From Macrostomum lignano (lineage: Eukaryota), in NCBI GenBank assembly GCA_002269645.1, contig NIVC01000614.1, forward strand, positions 62,001-126,000: DNA of 64,000 nt. The letters run 5' to 3'. The position numbers were made by a program, and so were the translations under genes. Below the pieces are notes generated by a model that saw only the letters and a program-made list of their open reading frames with translations, made no database searches and had not been told where the DNA came from. Of this stretch, positions 19,740 to 30,941 are shown in pieces; positions within the stretch are counted from its first letter, which is position 1, and every line of letters begins with the position of its first letter.

Positions 19740-20065
19740 ACAATGGATTGCTAATCTAGCCAATCAATCACGAATCAATTGGAATAGAATGGATTGCTAA
19801 TCTAGCCAATCACAAATCAATTGGAATAGAATGGATTGCTAATCTAGCCAATCAATCCCAAATCAATTGGAATAGAATGGATTGCTAATCTAGCCAATCA
19901 ATCACAAATCAATTGGAATAGAATGGATTGCTAATCTAGCCAATCACAAATCAATTGGAATAGAATGGATTGCTAATCTAGCCAACCACAAATCAATTGG
20001 AATAGAATGGATTGCTAATCTAGCCAATCACGGATCAATTGGAATAGAATGGATTGCTAATCTAG
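19740..20065. repeat. 42/46-bp minisatellite GAATGGATTGCTAATCTAGCCAATC(AATC)ACAAATCAATTGGAATA, ~8 copies
   Basis: Direct; downstream of the ANKRD6 stop codon. Confidence 0.9.
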
Positions 20066-20979
20066 CGAGTCATGTATCAAGGCTTTTTAATCCTCGATTT
20101 GCTCTTTTAAAATGGAAACTTATTTTTATTGCAATTGTTTAATGCCCTTCCTTCAACTCCGCCTTGAGTTATTGTGTGTTACTGCTGAACTTTCTTGTGT
20201 CAAATATTTTTATTCCTTTATAATTCATTATTCACTAGAGGTATAATATGCCGCGTATATTTTATGATTGTTGCTTTTTAATTATGAGCAAAATTATCAT
20301 GATTTTATTATTAAATTAATGTTTAAATTTTGGCCTTAGTTCCTAGTGATATCAGCTCTCAATGAAACAGTAGTATGTATAGTTTCTCTAACTTTTTTAA
20401 TATGTTTCGAACACACACTGTAATATGTATACATAAAGAGATTTTCTTTTTTGCTGACATTTGATTTTCTAATTAATAATTAATAAATGCTTATTCAAAA
20501 ATGCAGTAGTTATGTATATTATCAAAATAATATTTAATTTGGTGCTTAATTAAATAATTTAAATAATCTAATAACGTACTTACAGCAAGTAGCATAATAA
20601 ATTTTATCTGATATTTAAATTCTAAGTATAAGTTACCATTAATTAATTAAGCAAAAAATTATATTGTAAGTGTTTAAGCATTGATTCCTCTTCAATTTAT
20701 TGCAGCAATATCCTGAATTCATTTATGATTAACAATTATATAATTTCTGATAGAGTAATTTTATTTCAGCTTGCCATTAAAAATAAATTTGAGTTATCTA
20801 ACCTGCTCAAAATTTGCTTGCTTCTTATGTTCTGCACATTACTGTTTGATATTTTCTTACTTTACTCCTAGGCGGCTAGGAGGGTAGAATAGCTAGGTAA
20901 GTGGGAGTTGAGAAAACAGTGAATGCTTGCGATTTAAAGTAGAAATTTTGAGATGCTTTTAGTGCGCAATAGATCCATA

Positions 20980-21505
20980 GGAGATAGTAGATCAATGGGG
21001 TGAGATAGTAGATCAATGGGACGAGATAGTAGAACAGTAGGGTGAGATGGAAGATCAATGGGGTGAGATTTTAGATAAATGAGGTGGGATAGTAAATCAA
21101 TGGGGTGAGATAGTAGATCAATGGGGTGAGATAGTGAATCAATGGGGTGAGATAGTAGATCAATGGGGTGAGATAGTAGATCAAAAAGGTGAGACAGTAG
21201 ATCAATGGGATGAGATTAAGGGTGAGACAGATAAGCATAAGGATGATATATATAAGCTAATGGGTGAGATAGATAAGTAGAAGGGTGAGATACATAAGCT
21301 GAAGGGTGAGATAGATAAGCCTAAGGGTGAGATAGATAAGCTGAAGGGTGAGATAGATAAGCTTAAGGGTGAGATAGATAAGCTGAAGGGTGAGATAGAT
21401 AAGTTGGAGGGTGAGATAGATAAGCTGAAGGGTGAGATAGATAAGCTTAAGCGTGAGATAGATAAGCTGGAGGGTGAGATAGATAAGCTGAAGGGTGAGA
21501 TAGAT
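20980..21505. repeat. Two abutting 21-bp arrays (GAGATAGTAGATCAATGGGGT, then GAGATAGATAAGCTGAAGGGT)
   Basis: Direct; immediately upstream of RNASEH1. Confidence 0.85.
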
Positions 21506-21584
21506 AACCAGCAACATTGCAACAAATGAAATTAAAATGATGAAGGCATTGCACTAACAGCCAAGCAACCAACACACGCATTTG

Positions 21585-24500
21585 ATGATCAGATCAGCAG
21601 TCACCGCCGTCCGTCACCCGACGTCATTAATATTATTATCAGCTGCGCCAGCTCCGCCTTGCCGGATGCCATTCTACGCTGTAAAACGCGGATTAGTAAC
21701 AGGTGTATTTAACACCTGGCTTGAATGCCAAGCACAGGTGGTTGGCTTTCCCGGTGCCAGGTATAAAAAGTTCTCAACAGTTGAAGAGGCTCAGATGTTT
21801 GTCAGCGCGCCGCACACTCCGCCTAGGGTCAGTACGGGAGCTAGTAAAAAATCTAAAGGCCCGCCCAGCCTAGCAACCGTTGCTAAGTCGTTGTCAGGCG
21901 GATTTCAAACCGGCGCCGCTGCGGCTTCGACTTCTTCCACTGCTTTTGTTGCCACAGTGTGTCAGGACGGCTCGGTGGTGACGTCGGTTGCTAGGCAGCA
22001 ACGGCCGCAGAATCCGCAGCTTCATCAGCAACAGCCGTATCCGCATCAGCCTCATCAGGTTAGCGTCATCAAATGAAATGCATTTTAATTGTCATATTCG
22101 CACGGTTCTACTCACCAATCTTATTGGGAAGTAGTGAGCTCAAAAGTTTCTTTGTTTTGAGATTTTGAGAAATCCATCCTAAAATATGGGTGAGCTTTTG
22201 AGAAATCCATCCTGAGATAGGGTGAGATTTTGAGAAATCCATCCTGAGATAGGGTGAGATTTTGAGAAATCCATCCTGAGATAGGGTGAGCTTTTGAGAA
22301 ATCCATCTTGAGATAGGGTGAGATTTTGTATAATCCATCCTGAGATAGGGTGAGATTTTGTATAATCCATCCTGAGATAGGGTGAGATTTTGAGAAGTCC
22401 ATCCTTAGGGGGAGATTTTAAAGAATCCATCCTTAGATAGAGTGAGATTTTAAAGAATCCATCCTTAGATAGAGTGAGATTTTAAAGAATCCATCCTTAG
22501 ATAGGGTGAGATTTTAAAGAATCCATCCTTAAATAGAGTGAGATTTTAAAGAATCCATCCTTAAATAGAGTGAGATTTTAAGGAATCCATCCTAAGATAG
22601 GGTGAGATTTTTAATTATCCATCCTGAGATAGGGTGAGATTTTGAATAATCCATCCTAAGATAGGGTGAGATTTTAAGGAATCCATCCTAAGATAGGGTG
22701 AGATTTTAAGGAATCCATCCTAAGATAGGGTGAGATTTTAAAGAATCCATCCTTAGATAGAGTGAGAATTTAAAGAATCCATCCTAAGATAGGGTGAGAT
22801 TTTAAGGAATCCATCCTAAGATAGGGTGAGATTTTAAAGAATCCATCCTTAGATAGAGTGAGAATTTAAAGAATCCATCCTTAGATAGAGTGAGATTTTA
22901 AAGAATTCATCCTAAGATAGGGTGAGATTTTAAGGAATCCATCCTAAGATAGGGTGAGATTGAAGAATCCATCATGGGACAGGGTGAGATTTCGAGAAAT
23001 CTATCCTGAGACAGGGTGGGATTTTGAGTTATCCATATTGTGATGGAGTGATATTTAAGGAATAAATTCAAAATAAGGTTAGATTTTGAGAAATACATCC
23101 GGAGGTGGGGTGAGATTTTGAGTTATCCATCCTCAGATAGGAGGAGATTTTAGAAATCTATTCTGAGATAGTGAGACTTTAAGCAATTTATCCTAAGATA
23201 GAGTTAGATTTTGACATTTTTAGAAACCAATTCTAAGGGGTTTGAGATTTAAAGAAATCCCATCTCTCGAGAGACAAGATCTTTTTGAAATTATTTTCAA
23301 AAGTAGAGATTTTATTGGCTCGATTATTCGCGCCCAACTCTCTTCCCATTCTTCCCACCGCAGGGCACAAAGCGGAAGCGAAGCCCCACACCGCCGCCGG
23401 CCAACCCGCCCCTCATCGTGTACACAGACGGCGCCTGTCATAGCAACGGCCGGGACAACTCTCGGGCAGGCATCGGGGTCTATTTTGGCGACGGGCACCC
23501 GTGGAATGTGGCGGAGCGGCACCCCGGCAGGCAGACTAACAATGCCGCCGAGATCGCCGCGGCGAAACGGGCCGTGGAGATTGCCGAGAGGGAGGGCGTG
23601 GAGGCTCTGGAGGTAGGGAGTAGAGTAGACACTAGATAGTTGAATAAAGAGTAGATTAGGGTGGAGTGAGGAGTGGAGTCGGAAGTAAAGTAGGAGTAGA
23701 GTGGGGGGTAGAGTAGGGGTAGAGTGGGGAGTAAAGTTGGTTGTAGACTGTAGAGTGGGGAGTAGATTCGGGAGTAGAGTGGGGAGTAGATTTGGGAGTA
23801 GAGTGGGGAGTAGATTCGGGAGTAGATTCGGGAGTAGAGTAGGGAGTAGATTCGGGAGTAGAGTAGGGAGTAGATTCGGGAGTAGAGTAGGGAGTAGATT
23901 CGGGAGTAGAGTAGGGAGTAGATTCGGGAGTAGAGTAGGGAGTAGATTCGGGAGTAGAGTAGGGAGTAGATTCGGGAGTAGAGTAGGGAGTAGATTCGGG
24001 AGTAGAGTAGGGAGTAGATTCGAGAGTAGAGTAAGGAGTAGATTCGGGAGTAGATTCAGGAGTAGATTCGGGAGTAGATTCGGGAGTAGATTCGAGAGTT
24101 CAGTGGGGCGTAGAGTCGGGAGTAGAGTGGGGAGTAGAGTGGGGAGTAGATTAGGGAGTAGGGTGGGGAGTAGATTAGGGATTAGAGTGGGGAGTAGATT
24201 GGGGAGTAGAGTGGGGAGTAGATTGGGGAGTAGAGTGGGGAGTAGATTGGGGAGTAGAGTGGGGAGTAGATTGGGGAGTAGAGTGGGGAGTAGATTAGGG
24301 AGTAGGGTGGGGAGTAGATTGGGGAGTAGATTAGGGATTAGAGTGGGGAGTAGATTGGGGAGTAGAGTGGGGAGTAAATTGGGGAGTAGAGTGGGGAGTA
24401 GATTCGGGAGTAGATTGGGGAGTAGAGTGGGGCAGAATAGTGGGTAGCAGAATAGTCGGTAATCGCACTGGCATATCTGTCACCCCCCCCCCCAGGTGCG

Positions 24501-24795
24501 CACTGACAGCCAGTTCCTGATCAGCTGCCTGACAGCCTGGCTACCAAAATGGCGCCGCAACGGGTGGCGCCTCTCAGACGGCGGCACAGTCCGTGTGAGA
24601 CAGGAAATCGAATCCTTGGCTGACCTGCTGGACAGCACCAGGGTTCGCGTGAATTTTCGCCACGTTCGCGGCCACTCTGGTAACCATGGTAACGAGATGG
24701 CCGATCGATTAGCCAATCAGGGAGCCGACGCGCCGTTGCTAGGGGAAGCGGGGGCAGCGGCGGCGGCGTCTCAGTTGCGTAACAGCTGGAAATAA
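21585..24795 (+). CDS. RNASEH1: Ribonuclease H1; exons 21585(or 21666)-22058, 23364-23612, 24496-24795
   Basis: N-terminal hybrid-binding domain PFYAVKRGLVTGVFNTWLECQAQVVGFPGARYKKF; catalytic motifs VYTDGACHSNG, TNNAAEI, RTDS, HVRGHSG and EMADRLA. All introns are phase 0 GT-AG. Confidence 0.95.
22185..23230. repeat. 32-bp minisatellite GAGAAATCCATCCTGAGATAGGGTGAGATTTT, RNASEH1 intron 1
   Basis: Direct; degenerates toward the 3' end. Confidence 0.92.
23620..24445. repeat. 12-bp G-rich array GGGAGTAGA(GTG/TTC/TTG), RNASEH1 intron 2
   Basis: Direct. Confidence 0.92.
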
Positions 24796-24879
24796 AGGGC
24801 TTTTAATCCCCCTCCAGTTTGATTTGTCTCGCTAACTCAAGCCAATGTGCACTGCCGGTTGAGAGCATCCCTGTGTATT

Positions 24880-25480
24880 CTTCCCTTCATCTCTCCCTGC
24901 TCCCTTCATCTCTCCCTGGTCCCTTCATCTCTCCCTGCTCCCTTCATCTCTCCCTGCTCCCTTCATCTCTCCCTGGTCCCTTCATCTCTCCCTGGTCCCT
25001 TCATCTCTCCCTGGTCCCTTCATCTCTCTCTGGTCCCTTCATCTCTCCCTGGTCCCTTCATCTCTCCCTGCTCCCTTCATCTCTCCCTGCTCCCTTCATC
25101 TCTCCCTGCTCCCTTCATCTCTCCCTGGTCCCTTCATCTCTCCCTGGTCCCTTCATCTCTCTCTGGTCCCTTCATCTCTCCCTGCTCCCTTCATCTCTCC
25201 CTGGTCCCTTCATCTCTCCCTGGTCCCTTCATCTCTCCCTGCTCCCTTCATCTCTCCCTGCTCCCTTCATCTCTCCCTGGTCCCTTCATCTCTCCCTGGT
25301 CCCTTCATCTCTCCCTGCTCCCTTCATCTCTCCCTGGTCCCTTCATCTCTCTCTGCTCCCTTCATCTCTCTCTTCTCCCTTCATCTCTCTGCTCCCTTCA
25401 TCCTTCCTTGATCCCTTGATCTCTCCCTGCTCTTTTTATCTTTCCATTCTCCCTTTATCTCTTACTGCTCCCTTCATCTC
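24880..25480. repeat. 19-bp pyrimidine-rich array CCCTTCATCTCTCCCTG(G/C)T
   Basis: Direct; downstream of the RNASEH1 stop codon. Confidence 0.92.
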
Positions 25481-26401
25481 TCTCTTTTTCACCTTTTCTT
25501 TCATCTTGTCAATATTTTCTCATCCCAATTCATTTTTCCTTTGCTCCCTTCATCTCTCCCACTGCCCTTCTTCTTCTAGTCTATCTCTATCCCATCTCTT
25601 TGCACAAGTTCCAGATTTAGCGCAATATTTGCGTAAATATGAAGCAGTTTTTTTCGATTTGTTATGATAAAATCACGCTTAAAAATGGTATAAATTATTG
25701 CTATTTCTACCTGTTTATCTGTACTAGCGATTGCATAGCCAAAACTATATTAACTAATTTTAATAAATGAATAAATTAAGTAGGAGTAATTCTCGTGGTA
25801 TTAGTAAGTTAATATATCTTTATTCGTCTGTAACTAATGCTTGCGTGTACATAAATGCTAAAAGTTTTTATTTAAATATATATATTTATATCAGAATACA
25901 GTTTTTAGCAAATGTAATTATATTGTACTATTCGTCGAGTTCAGTGAACCTACCAGTGTCATTTTTTGAGTAATCTTTTTGCAATAATGTATAGGAAGTA
26001 TAACAAACAGCATCATTTTGTCTCGTTTTTACATTTCTCTTATCGTCCGCATGGTAATATTAGTGAAATAAATTTTGCGTCTCTGTGGCCATCTTTTCCT
26101 TTGCTGTCGAATTCTGTTGGGCTTTTATAAGATTGACAATTAATAGTGGGTTGACAGTGGGTAGACAGGAGTAGATTGTTGGGTAGAGGGGATTAGATAG
26201 TGGATAGATGGCAGTAGATAATAGCTATGGAGAATAGTTAGTGGGTAGAAGGGAGTAGATAAAGCTGGTAGAAGGGAGTAGTAGATAGAGGGTAGAGTGG
26301 GTAAATAGTGGGTAGATAATGGGTAGAGTGGGTAGAGGGGAGTATGTGATGGGTAGAGGGGAGTTATCAGTGCCCATTCATCATTCCTGTCCCCGAATTG
26401 C

Positions 26402-26715
26402 ATGGCGTTCTCCCAGGAAGGCAGCCTCGAGCTGTACAACTCGGTGTCTGCGGGGCCCGAGTCTCTGCAGCTGCTGGACAGCGGCGAGTGCATTTTTCTG
26501 GCTTGCGGACACTGCAGCTGCGCCAACCTGCTGGTGCTGGACAGGCGGGGTCAGGTGCTGCAGCAGAGACAGGTGAGTTAGCTTGTTAGTTAGTTAGTTA
26601 GTTAGTTAGTGAGTTAGTTAGTGAGTTAGTTAGTTAGTTAGTTAGTGAGTTAGTTAGTTAGTTAGTTAGTGAGTTAGTGAGTTAGTTAGTGAGTTAGTTA
26701 GTTAGTTAGTTAGTG

Positions 26716-26766
<51 letters not shown>

Positions 26767-28557
26767 GAGTTAGTTAGTTAGTTAGTGAGTTAGTTAGTTA
26801 GTGAGTTAGTGAGTTAGTTAGTTAGTGAGTTAGTGAGTTAGTTAGTTAGTGAGTTAGTTAGTTAGTTAGTTAGTTAGTGAGTTAGTTAGTTAGTTAGTTA
26901 GTGAGTTAGTGAGTTAGTTAGTGAGTTAGTTAGTTAGTTAGTTAGTTAGTGAGTTAGTTAGTTAGTGAGTTAGTTAGTTAGTTAGTGAGTTAGTTAGTTA
27001 GTTAGTGAGTTAGTTAGTTAGTTAGTCAGTTAGTTAGTTAGTTAGTTAGTTAGTCAGTCAGTCAGTCAGTCAGTCAGTCAGTCAGTCAGTCAGCGGAGCG
27101 GGCAGAATTGCCTCAGTGCTGGCTGTTTGGGCCGGATATCGCTTCAATTTGCAGGTGGCTCCGCAACCTGACGGTGTCACGTCCGCGGGCTCCACAGCTC
27201 CGCTACTGCAGTGCTGCCTGGTGTCCGCCAGCGACCGGCACTTCCTGGTGCTGCTCACGCACCAGTCTGCCCAGTTCTTCGACGCCGATGGCACAGCCCT
27301 GCTGCTCTGCCACTCTCTGAAGGGCGCCGCAGCCAGCGAGTCGCTGCCGCTGCGCGGAGTCTGCGGCCTCGCCGAGGCCGGCCTGCTTTGCGTCGGCACC
27401 GCCAGCGGCGAGCTGCTGATCTTCGACTGTCCGCCGGGCGCCGCCCCAGTGTCGCACCGGGGCACCCAGGCCGTGGCGTCTGGCAGCTCCGGTCCGGCTG
27501 CGTCTGTCAACACGCTGACGTCCTTGGAGGCCTCGCCGATTGGCTCCGGCGGATTTGCCGCCGGATTCGCTGACGGTGCCGTCTGCGTCGGGCTGATCAG
27601 CGGCGGCAAGGTGCGGCTGCTGTCGCGGGTGCTCAGCAACCAGGACGGCTGGCCGGTCAACGCGTTCGGCCTGTTCAACGATGGCGAGTTCCTGCTGGCC
27701 GGCTGCGGCGACGGCGGCCTCAGGGCCTTCCAGTGCAAAGGGATGGAGGTGAGAGTCTGTGTCTGCCTGTCTGTCTGTGTCTGCCTGTCTGTGTCTGTGT
27801 CTGCCTGTCTGTGTCTGTGTCTGCCTGTCTGTGTCTGTGTCTGCCTGTCTGTGTCTGTGTCTGCCTGTCTGTGTCTGTGTCTGCCTGTCTGTGTCTGTGT
27901 CTGTGTCTGTGTCTGCGTCTGCCTGTCTGTGTCTGTGTCTGCCTGTCTGTGTCTGTGTCTGTGTCTGCCTGTCTGTGTCTGTGTCTGTGTCTTTGTCTGC
28001 CTGTCTGTGTCTGTGTCTGCGTCTGCCTGTCTGTCTGTGTCTGCCTGTCTGTGTCTGTGTCTGTGTCTGTGTCTGCCTGTCTGTGTCTGTGTCTGCCTGT
28101 CTGTGTCTGTGTCTGCCTGTCTGTGTCTGTGTCTGCCTGTCTGTGTCTGTGTCTGTGTCTGCGTCTGCCTGTCTGTGTCTGTGTCTGTCTGTCTGTGTCT
28201 GTGTCTGTGTCTGCCTGTCTGTGTCTGTGTCTGTGTCTGTGTCTGTGTCTGCCTGTCTGTGTCTGTGTCTGCGTCTGCCTGTCTGTCTGTGTCTGCCTGT
28301 CTGTGTCTGCCTGTCTGTCTGTGTCTGCCTGTCTGTGTCTGTGTCTGCGTCTGCCTGTCTGTCTGTGTCTGCCTGTCTGTGTCTGTGTCTGTGTCTGTGT
28401 CTGCCTGTCTGTGTCTGTGTCTGCCTGTCTGTGTCTGTGTCTGCCTGTCTGTGTCTGTGTCTGCCTGTCTGTGTCTGCCTGTCTGTGTCTGTGTCTGTGT
28501 CTGTCTGTGTCTGTGTCTGTCTGTGTCTGTGTCTGCCTGTCTGTGTCTGTGTCGGCC

Positions 28558-28588
<31 letters not shown>

Positions 28589-30536
28589 GTCCTTCCGTCT
28601 GTCTGTCTCTGTCTGTCTGTCTGTGTCTGTCTGTCTGTCTGTCTGTCTCTCTGTCTGTCTGTCTGTCTGTCTGTGTCTACTAGTATCCATATATCTACTT
28701 ACGATTATCTGGTATCGCAATTGGGTGTTACTCTTCTCTCTTACTTTCTAGTAAGAGAGAAATGTAGTTATGAGCAAATGTAGTATGAACGATAAACTAG
28801 CTATGGAAAAGCCACACTCTTCTCTTCATCCTTCTCTAGATTTCCATCTTACTCTCCCTCGCTTCCCCTCACCGCAGCTGGTCGCAGAGATCGGCGCCCA
28901 TGCTCGCTTGATCACCGGCTTGGACGTGTGCGAAAAAACTGGCCTGATGGTCACCTGCAGCGAGGACACCTCGTTTCGCGCCTGGCAACTGTCTGACGAG
29001 GGTGGCAACCTGCTGGTTAGTGGCTTAATTGAATTTCCCGGCTATCTATTCACCGATATGTTTCGATGTTTACTTTCATTGGCCTTTACGAACGTAAAGC
29101 AAGCATTATCAGTTAAAGACAATTTTCCCGATATGTATCGACAAGTGTTATGTGCCCTTAATTTGCTTGTGTTGGCGTCATGGACTGCGTCGGACTTGCA
29201 TTCTTTTCAAAATTAAATTTAATGACCATATCATAGTCGGTAGTAGAATTATTATGCTAGTCTCCCGAAGTCGGCAGTGAAGCAGCCGCACAAATTTATA
29301 GTTCCGTTAATTGGAAAAATTTAACTTGGATGAAAAGTACGGCATTGAACAAAGGGCTCCGTTTAGAATCACCTGACTTTTATTTGATTTAATCGCAGAC
29401 ATAACAAGACGAGTACTTATACCACTAGAACGCCAGCACAGAAAACAACATGACAGTAGAAAAACAAACGATAAAGGAAGCTAAGCATGCAGCGTCAAAG
29501 CAGCTTGTTGCATCATAACTCCAGTAAGCATGTGCTTTTAGTTTTGAGCCTCGTGCCATGCTCTGAAGCACGGCTCAAGGCATAAGCTTGGCCTGTCCGT
29601 TGCAAGCGGCGCAGAGAATATCGCTGCGTGACAGGTGGCAAGCACGTGTGCAGATGCAGCACAGCAGCACAGCAAGACATGCTTCTAAATAGTGCAAGAA
29701 CGTCCGGGAGCCGCCAATGTGCTTGTAGGTAATTAAGGAATCAATTCTTTGGAGAAGCTAGTAAGCGATTCGTATCGAGCAAAACCAGGTGTTACAAAAG
29801 ATCCTGTACCCGAGGTCCAAAATATGAGTATCCCGAGGCAGTTCTACGACAAATCCTTTTGTCTATAGAAAACACATAGAGATGTCTATGCTTGCAATAT
29901 CTTTGTCTCATCTCTTCACATCAAAATTAATAAGATGAATATGAGACAATACCTGTCTATGGTAAAAACTTACAGGCTACGGGGTGAGCAAAATAGACGC
30001 TGGACGAGGCTAATTGGAAAACAAAACACGAGACGGGAGGAATTAACAAATTCCTCTGTTAGTTTATTATAAACAGATTCCGTCCTTTGAAATAATCTGT
30101 GAACTGGCGTTTCTTCGGACGATGTACTTCATTCATCTAAAGCTACCCAAAACACTGGCTTGCAGTGATAATTTCGGAAAACATCGCAATTGCGAACTAC
30201 TATTAGTAGTATTTCAATTTTGCAATCTATCTTAATTTTAACACAGCCAGTCCAGGTACCCACAGATTCAATATTTCCTATACCATCTAGCTAAGAAATA
30301 TTTCCCGGACATACTGAGACTCGAACCCGGGTCCATCCGATTACAAGTCAAACGCGTTAACCACTCGTCTAATAAAATGAAGTCGTGTTTTGTGCTTTTG
30401 TTCTCAGATCAAGCACCTCAGCTGCACAGTGGTGCCAAATCAGATGCTTCAAGGCTGCGCTTTCCTGCAGTCAGACCGGCGCCTGCTAACCGTGACTTTC
30501 GAGAGCAACGAGATTCGAGTATTTGCTAGGAAGTGA
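26402..30536 (+). CDS. WDR54: WD40-repeat protein, WDR54-like; exons 26402-26572, 27155-27748, 28878-29015, 30408-30536
   Basis: [14 protein letters not shown]|[46 protein letters not shown]..|[38 protein letters not shown]|..FESNEIRVF resembles recalled human WDR54 (LVLTSHRGIQMYE, ICVGTWSGRVLVFD, INAHARAICALD, AGEDTFVHIWKL). All introns are phase 0. Confidence 0.8.
26575..27093. repeat. (GTTA/GTGA)n then (GTCA)n microsatellite, WDR54 intron 1
   Basis: Direct. Confidence 0.95.
27755..28680. repeat. GTCT/GTGTCT/GCCT compound microsatellite, WDR54 intron 2
   Basis: Direct. Confidence 0.95.
30230..30372 (-). mobile_element. tRNA-derived SINE fragment
   Basis: The minus strand has an A box (TAGACGAGTGG) and a B box (GGTTCGAGTC) at tRNA spacing. 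The anticodon arm pairs poorly, and a body containing GGGTACCTGG follows. Confidence 0.6.
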
Positions 30537-30941
30537 ACAAGCCCTTGCGATCAGAGAGTGGCTCTGAGGATCAACTTGGCTGTTTTTTTTAAGTCAATAA
30601 TCTCTTTATGCTTATCATCTGGCTGTCTGTCAGAGGTTTCACTTTCACCTAGAATTGTCTTTGTCCTCGTTTTTTGTCGCACAAATTCCTCTGTTAATTT
30701 ATTATAAACAGATTCCGTCCTTTGAAATAATCTGTTAGCTGGCACATTTAGCTGTGACATTTTTGTTCAACTATGGAAATATATAATCTTTCATTCTCAG
30801 TGTTTTACCGTGTTAGTTAAGTGTTCGCTTTTGTTAGCTTGTTGTATTGTGAAATTTAATTTTATTTTATCTTCCTTCACTAATCCATAATCTGCATCTG
30901 AAAATTTGTGTGTGTACTTTTGCCAGTAAGAATCGCCATCT

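Noticed and set aside
23701-24447. GSR-repeat ORF
   Set aside because: Lies inside RNASEH1 intron 2, bounded by canonical splice sites.
30300-30372. tRNA-Tyr-like gene (also 61680-61750)
   Set aside because: A/B boxes are present but the stems pair poorly and SINE bodies follow; treated as SINE heads.
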